A DNA stretch of 64,000 nucleotides from Takakia lepidozioides. Its lineage: Eukaryota > Plantae > Bryophyta. Shown here one piece after another: positions 1 to 11,896 of this stretch (within the stretch, counting starts at the first letter, position 1; each line of letters opens with the position of its first letter). The stretch spans positions 27,342,001 through 27,406,000 of the forward strand of contig CM060731.1 in assembly GCA_030704615.1 (NCBI GenBank), in the 5' to 3' direction. Below the pieces are notes generated by a model. The model was not told the DNA's origin. It worked only from the letters and a program-made list of their open reading frames with translations, and did not search any database. Made by a program: the position numbers and the translations under genes.

Positions 1-257
1 TACACCAATTGCTGGCATGTGCACTAATAAGGAAACGACTATGTGTAACGGTCACGCGGGAGGGAATCCGATGCTTCTAGAGACACGCAAGAACGCAGGC
101 AATCCCGCAAGAAATCGGGAGTCACTGCGTTTTTCTACTTTTCGCGCTTAGAGGGAGAGTGGTAGTCAAGCTGGAGAGGGTTCCTTCTAGAATACGAAAG
201 AGAAGAAAGTCTCTTTATTTTACTTCCCTTAGAGAGAGACGCAGAGCAAGAGAGAAA

Positions 258-3200
258 ATGACGAGGCGTCGTTTGTTGGAGAACACAGGGCCAAGGCAGC
301 AGGTGAACGCGGAGACTGATTCACAAGAGCAGACGGAGACTGAGGCAGCGGCTGCGACACAGTCGGCGATAAGAGTGCGCCAGCCTGTGGAGGCAGAGAT
401 GATTCGCAGGGACACTGAAGAAGGTGGAAGCACGCGGAACGCCGAACCTGGAGAAGGTCAAGAAACCCTTGCGCAGACAGAAACTCCAGCAGATGTGAGA
501 GGGAAGAGGAAAGCTGCAGAAGGGGATCAAATTTCAAAACCTAAGAAGGTGCCAGTAAGTTTTATCATATAGTCTGTCTGATTGCCTTTCAAGGAGTCCT
601 TCCTCTTCCCTTCTTTAGCAGGAACTACTGATTGCGAGCGTCGTTAACGCCATTCGATTCTCCTCATGAGATTTATGTACCTATGTGTTTGAAGAGAGAG
701 TCTGCACTTACTATTCTCCCTAAACTACACTGAATGTCGTTGCCGCCAATCAGTTGCACATGTATGTCATTACACAACACCGATCCGGCAGGTCGTTATC
801 TTTTGTGATTGTCGTTAACACCGTTCGCTATCGCTCTCGCTTTTGTTTTGAATACGGCAGTCTCAGCTTTGCATGTGTAGATTGTGCTGAATTCTTTCAC
901 ACCATTCATGGTGAGTTTCCTTGATACAGAGTGATGGTCGTTACCGCCATTCACTATTTGCAAATCACTCAGTCAGAACTGAATGGCATCGTGCAGAAAA
1001 CTGTGAGGTCGAAGCCTACAGGATCAGAGGGGAAAGGATCTGGAGATGGGGACGAGTCCGCAAAAAGCTCAGAGAATACAGATGAAGCAGATGAATCCGA
1101 AGTGCACTACCTTGACAAGGTGAAAGAACTCATGTCATTCCAGAAGGTAAACTCTCAGGAGGTTATAAGGGACATGCTCGTATCTGGAGGGCGTCTGGAC
1201 ATACCTCTGTGCCGGATGATATCAATGCCTGTTGTGCGTCCACCTCTTTCCCATGACATAACAAAATTGGAGAGTGATTTTGTGCATGGATATAGACTTG
1301 GTGCACAAGTTTTTATGTGTCACTGACGGATATAAATGGGAAAAGCACATTAGTGTCTCCAGAGATCAGTGATAACTGGGATGAGTGCTGGAAAGATGCC
1401 AATGAGGAGTTCGAGCTGGGCCTCATGATGGGAAAGAACACCCACAATTCTGCAACCACATGTTCTACGTCTGGGACGGCAACCACCGATTGCTGGCATG
1501 GATGGGATACATTCAGAAACACCATTCGAAAGACAAAGACAAGCATGTTGCTGTGGAGGCAATGGTTTTGGATCCAGGAAACGACATCGCTAGGCTTCTT
1601 ACAGCTATGCACGACGTGAACAAGTAAGTCATCCAGGAGATTTCATTCCCTCTGTAGTGTCTTGTTAATCCTCAAAAAACAGTGTTAAGGAATGCAATGT
1701 TTCCAATGTTTTTGCAGATCGACAGAGAAATCGCATGTGACAACAAGCTTGGTTCACACACTATTCCGAATTCAGAGGATTGGTCTGATGAAGCTGGATG
1801 ATTTTCGGACAGTACTACCACCCAATATCATCAAGAAGTGCGAAACAGGAAGAGCTGCAGGCACTTGGTATTCTTTGACACGAGAGGCGTTTCTGGAGTA
1901 CATGTATGCGGTAAGCCCGAGTCTGTAATCTGTTTACTTTTCGAATACATGTTTGTAGTCCCTTCGGAGCTAATCACTACTTGAATGAATGCAGCAAGAA
2001 CTGGCAGAGGCAGCTGAGAAGGGAAAATCCGAATATTACCGCACTACACCAGAAGAACTAAGGACATCAAAGGGTGTGGAAGCTGCAATAAAGAAGGAGT
2101 TTGAAATGCGAAGAACCAAATTGATGTCAGCCTTCGGAAAGCAGCTTAGAATAGTAGATCCTGGACTTGGTCCTGAGTTCCTTCAGCAGATCAAAACACA
2201 CTATGACAAGCATGTGCATCCGGAGATGCAGCAGGAGAAATTGCACCGGCTGGCCATATCGATGGTCGACCCACAAACAAAAATAAGGTGGCTGGAGATA
2301 TGGAACTCAGATCAAACAGTAAAGGACTTGAATCAGTTCCCAAAGAGCACCATACAGCCTGGCACAAAGGTGGAAGGAATCAGTGATTTGGTGTTTGATA
2401 ACTGGCTCCACAAGGCTACATTTTGGAGTCAGGTGTGTATTCGAACATGCTGTTTCTTCTCTTCAAGTATGTGATGTGTATCTTTTTTGCAATTCTGACA
2501 AATATACTATTTGCAGCTCGAAAAGCGCGCCGTCATTGTGCTGGATCAGACTTTGAAGGACCTGAACATTTCGATTGTTTCCCCTCCCCAAATGTCATTG
2601 GAGGCATACATAAGGAAGTGGAGAGGTCTCACCTGGAGATACTGTTTTTTCCGGGAGTTCTCCAAAGATGGTAACATTTTACGGTCCAACGACTTTGACA
2701 GTCAGGTTGGAGGAGAGTGGGCCATGATGCGAGTTGTGTACAGGTGCAATGTCATACTTGAAACTCTACTTTTTTTGGGAAAAAATGTGGCTTCATATGG
2801 ATTGCAATCTTAGATCCAGATTGAATGTCGTTGACGACATTCACTTCTTTGTCTAAGTCATTCTTAAGCGAGTATATGAATTCACCTGGTTAGGATCTAA
2901 GGGTGCAATTATATTGTCCCTGATTAGAATTGATAATGTCCTTGAATGGCGTTGACGACATTCACATACGGAGTTGTTGAGAGGTCCTCAGAGTTATTTA
3001 AATTTTTGTAATGTCCATAGAGGTTACAGTGAGGGTTCCTCACTTCATTTTGCTGAATGTCAATGCAGACATTCAGTTGTTCTGCATTGTTTTTGCCTCT
3101 TGCGATGAATGTGGAGGCTTGATAAGCTCTGTTTTAAGAAATCCAAAGTGAATGTCGTTGACGACATTCACAGCTGTGTCTGTATTATTCAACAGCGACA

Positions 3201-5953
3201 AATTCAATTTACATGGATTGGGGAGCTAAGTAATTGGTTTCTTTTTTGTATTTTTGTGAATGGCGTTGACGCCATTCACATACAGTGATGTTGTGAGGTC
3301 CTCAGTGATAGGTTCGTTATGAATGTGCATTGAGTTTGCCTGGAGGGTTCCTTACTCAATTTTTTGATTTCATCCTGTGATTTTGCTTCATTTAAGTAAT
3401 AATTTGGCTTCATTAGTGAATGTCGTTGACGACATTCACTTCTATGTCTGTGTCATTTCTAAATGATAATTTGCATTCACCTGGATTAGGGTGTATTTAC
3501 AGTATCATTGAATGGAATGTTCTGAATGGCGTTGACGACATTCATATCTGGAGCAGTAGTGTGGTCCTGAAAGGTCCTTGGAGCAGTTCTCAGAGCCATT
3601 TCAATCTATGTTTTATTCTTTCTGTTCTACTTGCATCTTACTCACTGAGCGCTTTTGTGGGTTGGGATTTATCTCCTTTTTTCAGGTACACGAAATATGT
3701 GCTTATGGAAGGAAATCACCTGAGCGGAATTCCCGACTATCTTGACATGTGGTCGGACCCTGCAAACGATCCAACCATGTATACTGCAGGGATATTGAAG
3801 GACTGGAGTCCTTCTCACTTCAGAGACTGTGGGTGGTACCTTGACTGCCCACCTGAGCACACGACCTTTCAAGAACAGCATATGAAATACTTGAACAATA
3901 ACGCTGAGATGCTGGCGCCTTTGACTGACGAAGAGTATCAACGAAACATAGCAACATTGGCTGCCAAGGAGCCTGATGCTCAGGGAACGCCGCAGAAGGG
4001 AAAGAAGGCGGGCCGCAAACCAAAAGACAAGGCTGTTGATGTCATAGCCATCTCACCAGCAAAGCCAAAGGACAAAGACAAGTCCAAAGAGAAGGAAAAG
4101 GACAAGGGGAAGGAGAATGAAAAGGAGATGGAGAGTGGGCAGGACTTTACTGCTGGAAGATATACCCGCACTCTTCAGTGCGTGTTCGATGCCAAGCCAC
4201 ACCCTTCCCGTTCTGATTCAGCAGGAGAGATGAAAATTGTTAATGAGGGTTGGCTTTCGATGATGCAGAGTCGAAAGAGAGGATACACTGGGGTGCCATC
4301 CCCTACCTGGGACAATATAATCTCATTCCTCAATCTGGTGAGAATTCCAGTTTCTTTCCTTTTTCTCTGAAAGTTTCGTTGGCAGTATTTCAGTCTCGTT
4401 CTTTGAAAACAATCTTGCCATCGTTCTTATAAAAAACATGTCTGTTGCAGGTGAGCACAGGTCCCACCTTCGTGTGCGGTGTGCAGAAAACTTATGCGGC
4501 CGACATTGTCATTCTCGACATCCCGGATGGCCAGGCTGTGCCAGAAGTTCTTCCAAAGGGCAAGACGCCAGGCTGGAACAAATTCGAGGACAACTACTAG
4601 AGTTGGGTGTTCGGGTTCTGTAACAATTTCCTCTCTGATGCAGGGACACTTCTGCTTTTTCAGTCATGTGACAATGATAGTCGTCGGGCATTGGCATCAT
4701 ACCTCAAGTCTTCAGGGTTTGAAGTTTTGCGCACATGGAATTGTGTGAACAGCCTATACCTTGTGAAAGGGGGTTTCCCTGGTCAGCTAGTATGCCGTCC
4801 CCTTCTGCTTGTGCTTTGATCATGAGTTTCAATTTTCTCTGCAGCTCCACTCTAGTAGAATGTTTTATGATCGACACCGATCATCACCGATTCATGATTT
4901 TTTTGTGTCAGAGTTCTGAATAGCCGATGTACACACTTCCACTATAGATTGTGTTTACCACACTAACTGCTATCTTTGCCAGACGAGGATGTTCGAGGCG
5001 ATCTGCCTGCGGAGGATTCGCACATCAAAGACACCATCCTCCATCCGCAGCTTTGAGATTTCTGACCAGGGTTGTTTCGTCAACCCCCCCTATGAGCCCC
5101 ATGTCGATGACATTTTGTACAACTTCATGCAGTCCAGTCAGACTCTGAAGAGACCAGATGGCACTCCCTGGAGAGGTGCAAAGGAAAAGTCACCAGCATT
5201 CATGCAAATACTGCTGGAGTCATGCAGCCACCGCTCTGCACGGGTGGTCGATCTTTCTGTGTCCACAGGTTCGTTTTTTCCCTTCCGAATTGGTTTCCTT
5301 TCAACAGTTTCATCTGCTTAAATCCCCCCCTCCAAACTGTTCATGTTCTCCTGTCTGGTGCAAGAGCAACTTACCACGCATGCAAGGCAGGCGGAAGAAG
5401 CCTTTTTGGCATGGAGGGTGATTCTGACCTCTACAACACCGTGCTCCTCCCCCTTTTGTCTGGCTCCACTTCAGGCACACAGACTGATCGGATTCAAATT
5501 CGAAATGATGACGATCCCGAAGATAAGCAGGTCGACAACGACTTTTCATGTGAGTAAGTGCTAAACCCTCTTTGGGAGTCATACTCAATTTCTCGATAAC
5601 ATCAAAGTTACAGTAATAACTTTTTCAGGCTGTCTTTCAGGAAAGGCAGCGGTGGATCTTCAGGAGATACAGTCATTTCTGGCGAGTCTGTTTTCGACAG
5701 CCCCCTTTCCAATTTTCTGCTTCCTGTTTATGCCGAAGCAATGGCACTTCACGCGGCCGAGTCCCTATCCCCTGACTTTTTAGTGGCCAGCCGTAGGTGT
5801 ATCCAGCGTGGATCCGGTGTTCTAAAATACTTAGACTTAGATGCAGAGGAAGAGGGGATACATTGTACTGACTCTGAGTCAACTGAACTGTATTCTTTTA
5901 ATATTCATTTTCATATTATCTGGAAAACGTTGAATCCCCTTCCTCCACCGTAG
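258..5953 (+). pseudogene. Multi-exon ParB/Srx-like domain + beta-class N6A/N4C DNA methyltransferase-fold protein, copy A (frameshifts and stop)
   Basis: Approximate GT-AG exons: 258-554, 997-1623, 1718-1909, 1995-2432, 2516-2743, 3686-4337, 4451-4790, 4983-5268, ~5357-5550, ~5629 onward. ParB-like motif FYVWDGNHRLLAW at ~1460-1500 (in frame in copy B). MTase-like segments in beta order: ADIVILDIPDG (motif IV-like) ... GAKEKSPAFMQILLESCS..ARVVDLSVSTG/ATYHACKAGGRSLFGMEGD (motifs X, I, II). Frameshifts near 1312 and 1443; a TAG near 4598 where copy B has TGG. Confidence 0.7.
2822..3544. repeat. Intronic array of seven 22-bp palindromes (TGAATGTCGT-TG-ACGACATTCA), copy A
   Basis: Copies start at 2822, 2943, 3054 (variant centre), 3149, 3257, 3417 and 3523. 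Spacing is 95-160 bp. Spacers are related in a ~320-bp higher-order unit. Confidence 0.95.
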
Positions 5954-6571
5954 TTGTTCCTTTAGAACAAATAATAATCACAGAATCAACTTTCGTTTAA
6001 ATTGCTATATGTATGAATCCATCTCACAAACCTTCCTGACTCTTCTCATATCCATTGTGCATTCATCTACACTGTATTCATGCGTGCTCCATTCATGAAA
6101 GCTTCCTTTGTACAACATCCATTGTACATTCATCCTCTGTACTCTTTAATCCACCCCACAAACCTTCCACACTCATTTCATATACGTTGTGCATTCGTCA
6201 AAAGATTTGGTCATGCATCTTCCTGTCATGAATTTTTGTCATTGCTCAACATCCATTATACATTCATCCATTTTACTCTTATCCATCCGTCATTCATCCA
6301 TCTACATACATTTTTCACACTCATCCATCTGTTTATCATCCAACTGTACATTCATCCATCCTTTATTCAATGCCTTTTATTATGTCGTCCAGCTTGTTTC
6401 CGCGGTAAAGGGTGCCAATCCGCGGGAATACACTCCACTTCTTTCTGGGCGCGTGGTGACGCGGCCTTCACGTGTGATGACGTGGACTGAGCCCCGTGAC
6501 GTGGCATTTGCGCAAGGTGACATGGCGTGAGCGCAGTTGCGCTCACGCGCTCACGTGACCAGGCTCACGCC

Positions 6572-7085
6572 GAGGCATCCCTGGGTGTGGGCTATCATGA
6601 GCTATTCGCGCCGCAAGTGCTTGTGCACGTAGATAATGTTCGTCTTGAAAGGTTTCCCAGTCCCCAAAGAGAAATCTATGAAGACGGGCACGAGTCTCTC
6701 GACGTCCGGATTCACCACCACGTGGAGGCAAAACTAGACACCATAGAGGAAAAAGTAGAAAAAGGTGCCAAGCAGCAATGTTGTAAGGGTCCCGAGCAAG
6801 GCGGTCCAAGGGTAAGCAAAAAGCATGTTGTACCTCTCTGCGAAGCGTCATTGGGATGCGTGTATAGAGCCGGGGACGGGGCAAACCCAAATGAAATGCT
6901 CCCAAAACATCAAGGGTCGCAATCCAAAGCCATGCCTGGGCAGAAGGAGCCACTAATAGGGTAGGCAAATGACTGTCCGGAGAAGACTGATGGAGTGTAG
7001 AACACGTGTGCCGATGACGCGCAAGCCCCTTGATACATGCAAACATCCGACCACAACCTGGACAAGGCACTCGGTCTGGTAGAGA
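6572..7085 (-). mobile_element. Fragment of an RLE-type (CRE-like) non-LTR retrotransposon ORF N-terminus; continues at 15458-~15840
   Basis: Zn finger CPGCGRMF..LARHRHTC, then AWHLFLLFPLWCLVLPPRGG..RLHRFLFGDW, which resembles the pre-RT region of CRE-like elements. Removing 7086-15457 restores the frame PPPTPPSSLPDRVPC. Confidence 0.55.
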
Positions 7086-7450
7086 TGTCATGGTTTTAGT
7101 CATGGTTATCTAGAATTACCTACTTCTAGTTAACTAGGACATTTTAGATATTTATATTTATATTTTGTGTGTTGGGACTTCATTTGGTCTCACATGCCAA
7201 GTGAGGTGTCGAGCCTCACTTGGGATATGGGGATAGATTTTCCCCTTGTGAGGATGGAGCAGACTCATCTTCTTGTAGTTGAGCCTCCATGAGCCTCTAT
7301 CACCTCCATAGCTCTAGGTATTGAGAGGGAGTGTGGTGGGGGCTTTGTAGGGTGGATTCTCTTAGCAAGGGTGCCCTTGGCTTGACTTAGTTTATGTGAT
7401 TGAGTGGATTCATGAGTGGAGGGTTTCCATTATGTTTACTTTCATTATCA
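7086..7450 (+). repeat. Terminal repeat segment A1 (5' LTR lacking the 85-bp B segment)
   Basis: About 97% identical (roughly 11 differences counted by eye) to 15004-15367; ends ...cattatCA. Confidence 0.95.
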
Positions 7451-7464
7451 CTACAAGAAGATGA
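7451..7464 (+). promoter_or_regulatory. Self-priming primer binding site (Tf1/sushi-like)
   Basis: ctacaagaagatga is the exact reverse complement of 7265-7278 (tcatcttcttgtag) inside the LTR. No TGG tRNA-type PBS follows the LTR. Confidence 0.75.
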
Positions 7465-8860
7465 CATTATGTTTGTGAGTGCGGAGTGTAAGGATAGTTT
7501 TGCACTTGTGTTGGTGTACACCAAGGAGTGAGAGAGCTAGGGAAAACTCATGTATCTCACAAGGCTTGCAAAGTGTTGCAAGGGAGAGTGTGTTTGCATT
7601 GCATCAAGGAGGTGGAGAGCTCAAGGAGAGAGCTCTTGAGTTACAAGACTTTGCAAGTATTGCAGGGAGAAAGTCTTGTGTGTGGGGAAGCAAAAGGTTT
7701 GAAAGTTTGAGAAGAAGGAGCGTCATCTCTTATATCTCAAGTGTTGTGACAACCATTTGCCAAGGAAGTGGCTTCTATGGTGAAAAGAATGCATTGAGGG
7801 TTTGTAGAAGCATTATTGTGCACCAAGGGTTTGAGAGCTTGGGAAAGAGCTCTTGCATCACAAGAGAAGCGTCTTGTGTGTGGAGAAGATAGACACTAGG
7901 GTTTCAAGAGCAAGCTCTAGTTGTTCATGGTGTGAAAGAAAAGCCAAAGAGCGGAACATGTTTGGGTTAGAAACACCATAGAAGGAGTACAACAAGGATA
8001 GCTTGAGGAGCATTGAGTAGCTTAAGAGAAGCTAAGAAGTGGTTGTTTTATCCATGGTGAAATGAAGCCAAGTGGGGTTTCATTTGGTTGACACACAAGC
8101 AAGCTAAGGCACTAGAAAGGAGTGCTTTTGCTAGTCTATGAGTTCTTGGATTGCTCTTGGTGAAGCAAGTGGTTGACCAAGCAAGTGGCGCATGTGTGGA
8201 GCATGCTTTCCAAGTGCGGCTTCCAACTTCAAGCTTGAGGAGAGCTAGAAGGTGAAGGGAACAAATCATTCTTTTGTGTATGAGGTGATGCTTATGTGGA
8301 GCATGTTTTCAGCCCATTGAGGCTTCTATTTTCAAGCCTTGGAGAGCAAGGAGAAATGAAAAGGGCTGATTTCCACTTAGGTGAAGGAAAAGCACTTGTA
8401 GAACACATGTTTGAGTTGGGGTTTCAACCTTAAGCTTGAGGAGAGCACGACTCTTGAGCTAGTAAGTGAAGGGACTTGAATCTTCCTCTTTGCATGAGAT
8501 GGAGATGTATTGATGCTTGGAGAAGCAACACATAGAAGCCAAGAATGGAGCATGTGCGTGGATGGCCAAATGAGAACACATGAATGAGTGCAAGACTTGG
8601 TTGCTTGTCAAATGAGGTAAAAAGCTTGATTCTTGAGCTCCAAAGAGAAGTGAAGCTTGTTGTGTGGCAAATACATTGCTAGGTGAAATAGAATCAAGCT
8701 TGGTTGTGGCTTGAGGTGAAGAAGATCAAGGTAGTTGCCTTGGTATCTCATAGAAGTCATGGATGCTTGAGGAGAGCAAGCATGAAGCTCAAGGAAGCCC
8801 AAACCCTAGCTTGGAATGCACAAACCCTAGCATGAGATGCACATGAAACCCTAGGTTCAT

Positions 8861-8947
8861 GGGAACAGTCACCAAGGTGTGGGAACCGTCACCGTAGTCT
8901 GGGAACAGTCACCAAGGTGTGGGAACGGTCACTATAGGCTGGGAACA
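8861..8947 (+). repeat. 20-bp tandem repeat in the Gypsy leader
   Basis: gggaacagtcaccaaggtgt-like units at 8861, 8881, 8901, 8921 and a partial one at 8941. Confidence 0.9.
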
Positions 8948-9122
8948 TAGTGACATATAAAGACAATATAGGGCTTTTGGAGGATTTTCAAGGGCCTTTT
9001 GGAGGATTGTTTGGGGGATCTTTGGGGTCCTTTGGGGAGCTTTTGGAAGACACTCTGAGGAGCTTTTGTAAGGCACTTTGAAGAGGTATTTGGATGAGTA
9101 TTTGGAGGCCTATTTGCGGTCC

Positions 9123-9425
9123 TTGAAGGCCAAGTTTTGGCAAGTTTTTGGAGCCTTGGAAGGCTATGTGGAGGACCATTTGGGGTCTTTGAAGGCCAAG
9201 TTTTGGCAAGTTTTTGGAGCCTTTGGAAGGCTATGTGGAGGACCATTTGGGGTCTTTGAAGGCCAATATTTGGCAAGTTTTTGGAGCCTTTGGAAGGCTG
9301 TTTGGAGGGCTGTTTGGGGTCCTTGGAGGCCGATATTTGGCGAGCTTGAGGAGTCTTTGGTGACTTGTTGAAGGACTATTTGGGGTCCTTGAGGGCCAAG
9401 ATTTGGCAGGCTCTTGGGGCCTTGG
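9123..9425 (+). repeat. ~66-67-bp tandem repeat in the Gypsy leader
   Basis: ttgaaggccaagttttggcaagtttttggagcc... units at ~9123, 9189, 9256, with degenerate copies to ~9425. Confidence 0.85.
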
Positions 9426-10129
9426 TGTACTGTTTGGAGTACCATTGTCCAAGCTTTGGGAGTCTTAGTGAAATTGTTTGAGAGACATCTTGAGGGATCT
9501 TAGAGAGTTATTTGAGAGATCCTTGAAAGATCTTGTCTATTGTATAAACAAGAGAGTGTGGAGATAGGTTAGTGGGATGAGAGCATGTTGTGATAGGAAT
9601 TGTTTTAGTCTCTCTTCCTTGTAGTTTTCCACCCTCTCTGTAGGCCAAAACCTTTCCGTAGGTGGAGGCAAGAGTCAGTCCGGGTTTGGGCTGGGGTGTC
9701 TTGCAGGAGCGACACTGTGGAGTGTTTTTGGTGTGGGGGAGTTAACTGTTTTGATTTCCTTGTGCTTGGATCCCCTCCACACATGCATGCTTGACTGTGC
9801 GCCGTGTTAGTTTTGTGTGGGCACTTGTTTTCATAGGAGGTTGGTCCGGATTTGATCACCGGTCAATCCTAGAGCGTGTTGTCGATGGTGAGGCTGGGGT
9901 GATGACCAGTCAGACCATCATTGTTCTCTTATGGTGAGGCTGGGTTGATGACCAACAAACCATAAGAGTGCTTGCGGTGGATGCAGATGCAGGTACAGGT
10001 CTACGTTAGAAATGTATTATTCCTGCTTGAACCAGTAGCCGCAACAAGTTCTCTACCCGGTTACCTTGTAGAAAGTGGGGATTAGAGATAGGTTGACAAC
10101 CAGTTGGGTTGTGAGTTTTCATCACGGAG

Positions 10130-11760
10130 GTGCCACCAGTTGCTGAGGGGAGTGCCGGTACGAGTACCAGCGATACTACTGGGTACATAAGACGAGGTGT
10201 GCGGTTTAGGCCACCTTCACCTTCAGTGTTTTCTGAGGAAGGTTCAGACTCGGAGTCGGGAGGATTCTCGCCGAAGGTGCAAGTCATTTCCGTGCCATTG
10301 TTGTGGGACACGATGGAGGAGATGTTTGGAGCTACTAAGGGGCCACGTAGGTACTCTGGAGCTGTGGGCACCATCGAGCTTGATGACTTCATACAATAGT
10401 TGGTGTGATTTGCAGCAAATGCGCAATCCACGACTGTTTACGCTCTTTATGGTGTGGAACGGGCTATTCCAGCACCTTGAGGGGCCGCCCATGGATGATT
10501 ACCATGAATTTAGGTGGGGACACGCGGTGGAGATTGAGGAGTGGCGAGAGTATTGGTCACCTAACTATGTCTCCATCACTAGAGGCACAAGGGCAGCGGC
10601 GATACCAGCAGCTACACAAACATCTCCAACTGCAAGCACTAGTAGTGGGACAAGTGGTACAGAAAATCCACTCAAGCTCCTGCTGCAGCACCAGCACCCG
10701 TGCCTGCCTTTAACCCAGTTGTGGAGTTCATCGAGGAGTTGAGGAGAAACTACCAAGGAATAAGGACAGAGAAGTTGCGGAGCTTGCAAGAGTTTCAACG
10801 AAGGTCTACTGAGAGTTTGAGGGAGGCTTACACCCGCATAAGGTGCTTGCTAAACGTAACCCAAGGGGTTACAGAAGCTCAGGCAGTCCAGTTCTGGTAT
10901 GGGATCCTGGAAAAGGAGCTGAGGAGAAGGGTGCGGGATGCAACTCTCCTACAAGTGGACCAACCCACCTTAGCAAATATGTTTTTGCTGGCAGAGCGGA
11001 TAGAGCTCAATATGGTGGAGGAGCGAGTGGTCATGGTGGGGTTTGGCAAAGAGACACAACGAAATGAGGCAACAACCACTATCCCAATGTGTTCAAGGCA
11101 ACAAGGAGACTCAGGTGAAGCCGAGGGAAGGACAGAGAGGATCTCAGATGCAGAGGTCTCTTCTTTCATTCTCAGGCCAATAACAGTCGGGTGTGACTTG
11201 TTGGGATTGTGGAGGACCCATTGTCAAGAAAGATTGCCCGGAGAGAGACAAAGGGTCGGCACAGGCACAGCCTACACAACTACAGTGTGGGCATTGTGGA
11301 AAGTATGGGCATGAGGAGGCCCATTGTTATGGCTTGCATCCTGAGCTACGGCCAAGCCAGTTCCAAGGGAACAATGGTGGCCGAGGACGAGGCAATGTAG
11401 TCACGAAAGGTAGAGGAGGCAGAGGTCGGGGTGGAGGTCGTAACCAAAACCAAGGAGCACAGGGTTAGGGTCAAGGTCATGACCAAGGCATGGTGGATAA
11501 ACTTGCCCAGCTAGAGCAACGCCTTGCTGCCATGGCCACTACTCATGTTGCGCCGACTCCAAGGCTTGAGGTTCAAGCCCCACTTGCACAACCTCCTATG
11601 CCTACGGAAGACCAGATTGGTATGGGCTTCATGTGTGGAGCCCCACAACCAGTACATTGTTGGGGGCGGCTACGGCGGTTTGTCAAGCTCCACTATTTTT
11701 TGCAATGACCATTGCAATGCCGGGGATTCGGCCAGCTGTTGTGTTCAGACTAGCAGCTAG
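10130..11760 (+). pseudogene. gag: Gag-like protein with zinc knuckles (fragmented)
   Basis: FIEELRRNYQG..LQEFQRRSTESLREAYTRI resembles retrotransposon gag. Zinc knuckles CWDCGGPIVKKDC and CGHCGKYGHEEAHC are followed by an RGG-rich tract. Multiple stops and frameshifts. Confidence 0.75.
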
Positions 11761-11896
11761 ACTCTGTGAAAGTGGTGATGCATCGGCACTATCTGCAGAG
11801 ATAGTAGATAAGGTGCAGTCTATGGATGCTTTGGATTCGAGGGTGAAGTCAGCCACAGCTGCGCCATGGCAAGCGGCAGCTGCAAGTTTGTAGGAG

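Larger units (their letters stand above)
1..6571. mobile_element. Mutator-like (MULE) DNA transposon, copy A (right part; left part with transposase lies outside the window)
   Basis: 1-5187 is colinear and highly similar to 48246-54011 plus 58500-58647, which lies next to a MULE transposase. The end at ~6524-6571 (...gcgctcacgcgctcacgtgaccaggctcacgcc) is an imperfect inverted match to 43526-43567 (ggcgtgagcattgggcatgagcgcgcgagcatacgctcacgc). Unrelated LINE sequence starts at 6572. Confidence 0.75.

Noticed and set aside
2822-3544. CRISPR array
   Set aside because: Spacers are long (70-140 bp) and homologous to each other in a higher-order unit. The array is intronic in a eukaryotic TE and there are no cas genes.
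6080-6530. His-rich ORFs
   Set aside because: Low-complexity cattcatcc repeats in the MULE 3' region; not credible coding sequence.
7449-7460. CACTA terminus (cactacaagaag)
   Set aside because: No matching opposite TIR or subterminal repeats. It is better explained as the LTR-terminal CA plus the self-priming PBS.
8932-9452. Repetitive Pro/Lys-rich ORFs
   Set aside because: By-products of the 66-67-bp tandem repeat in the Gypsy leader.
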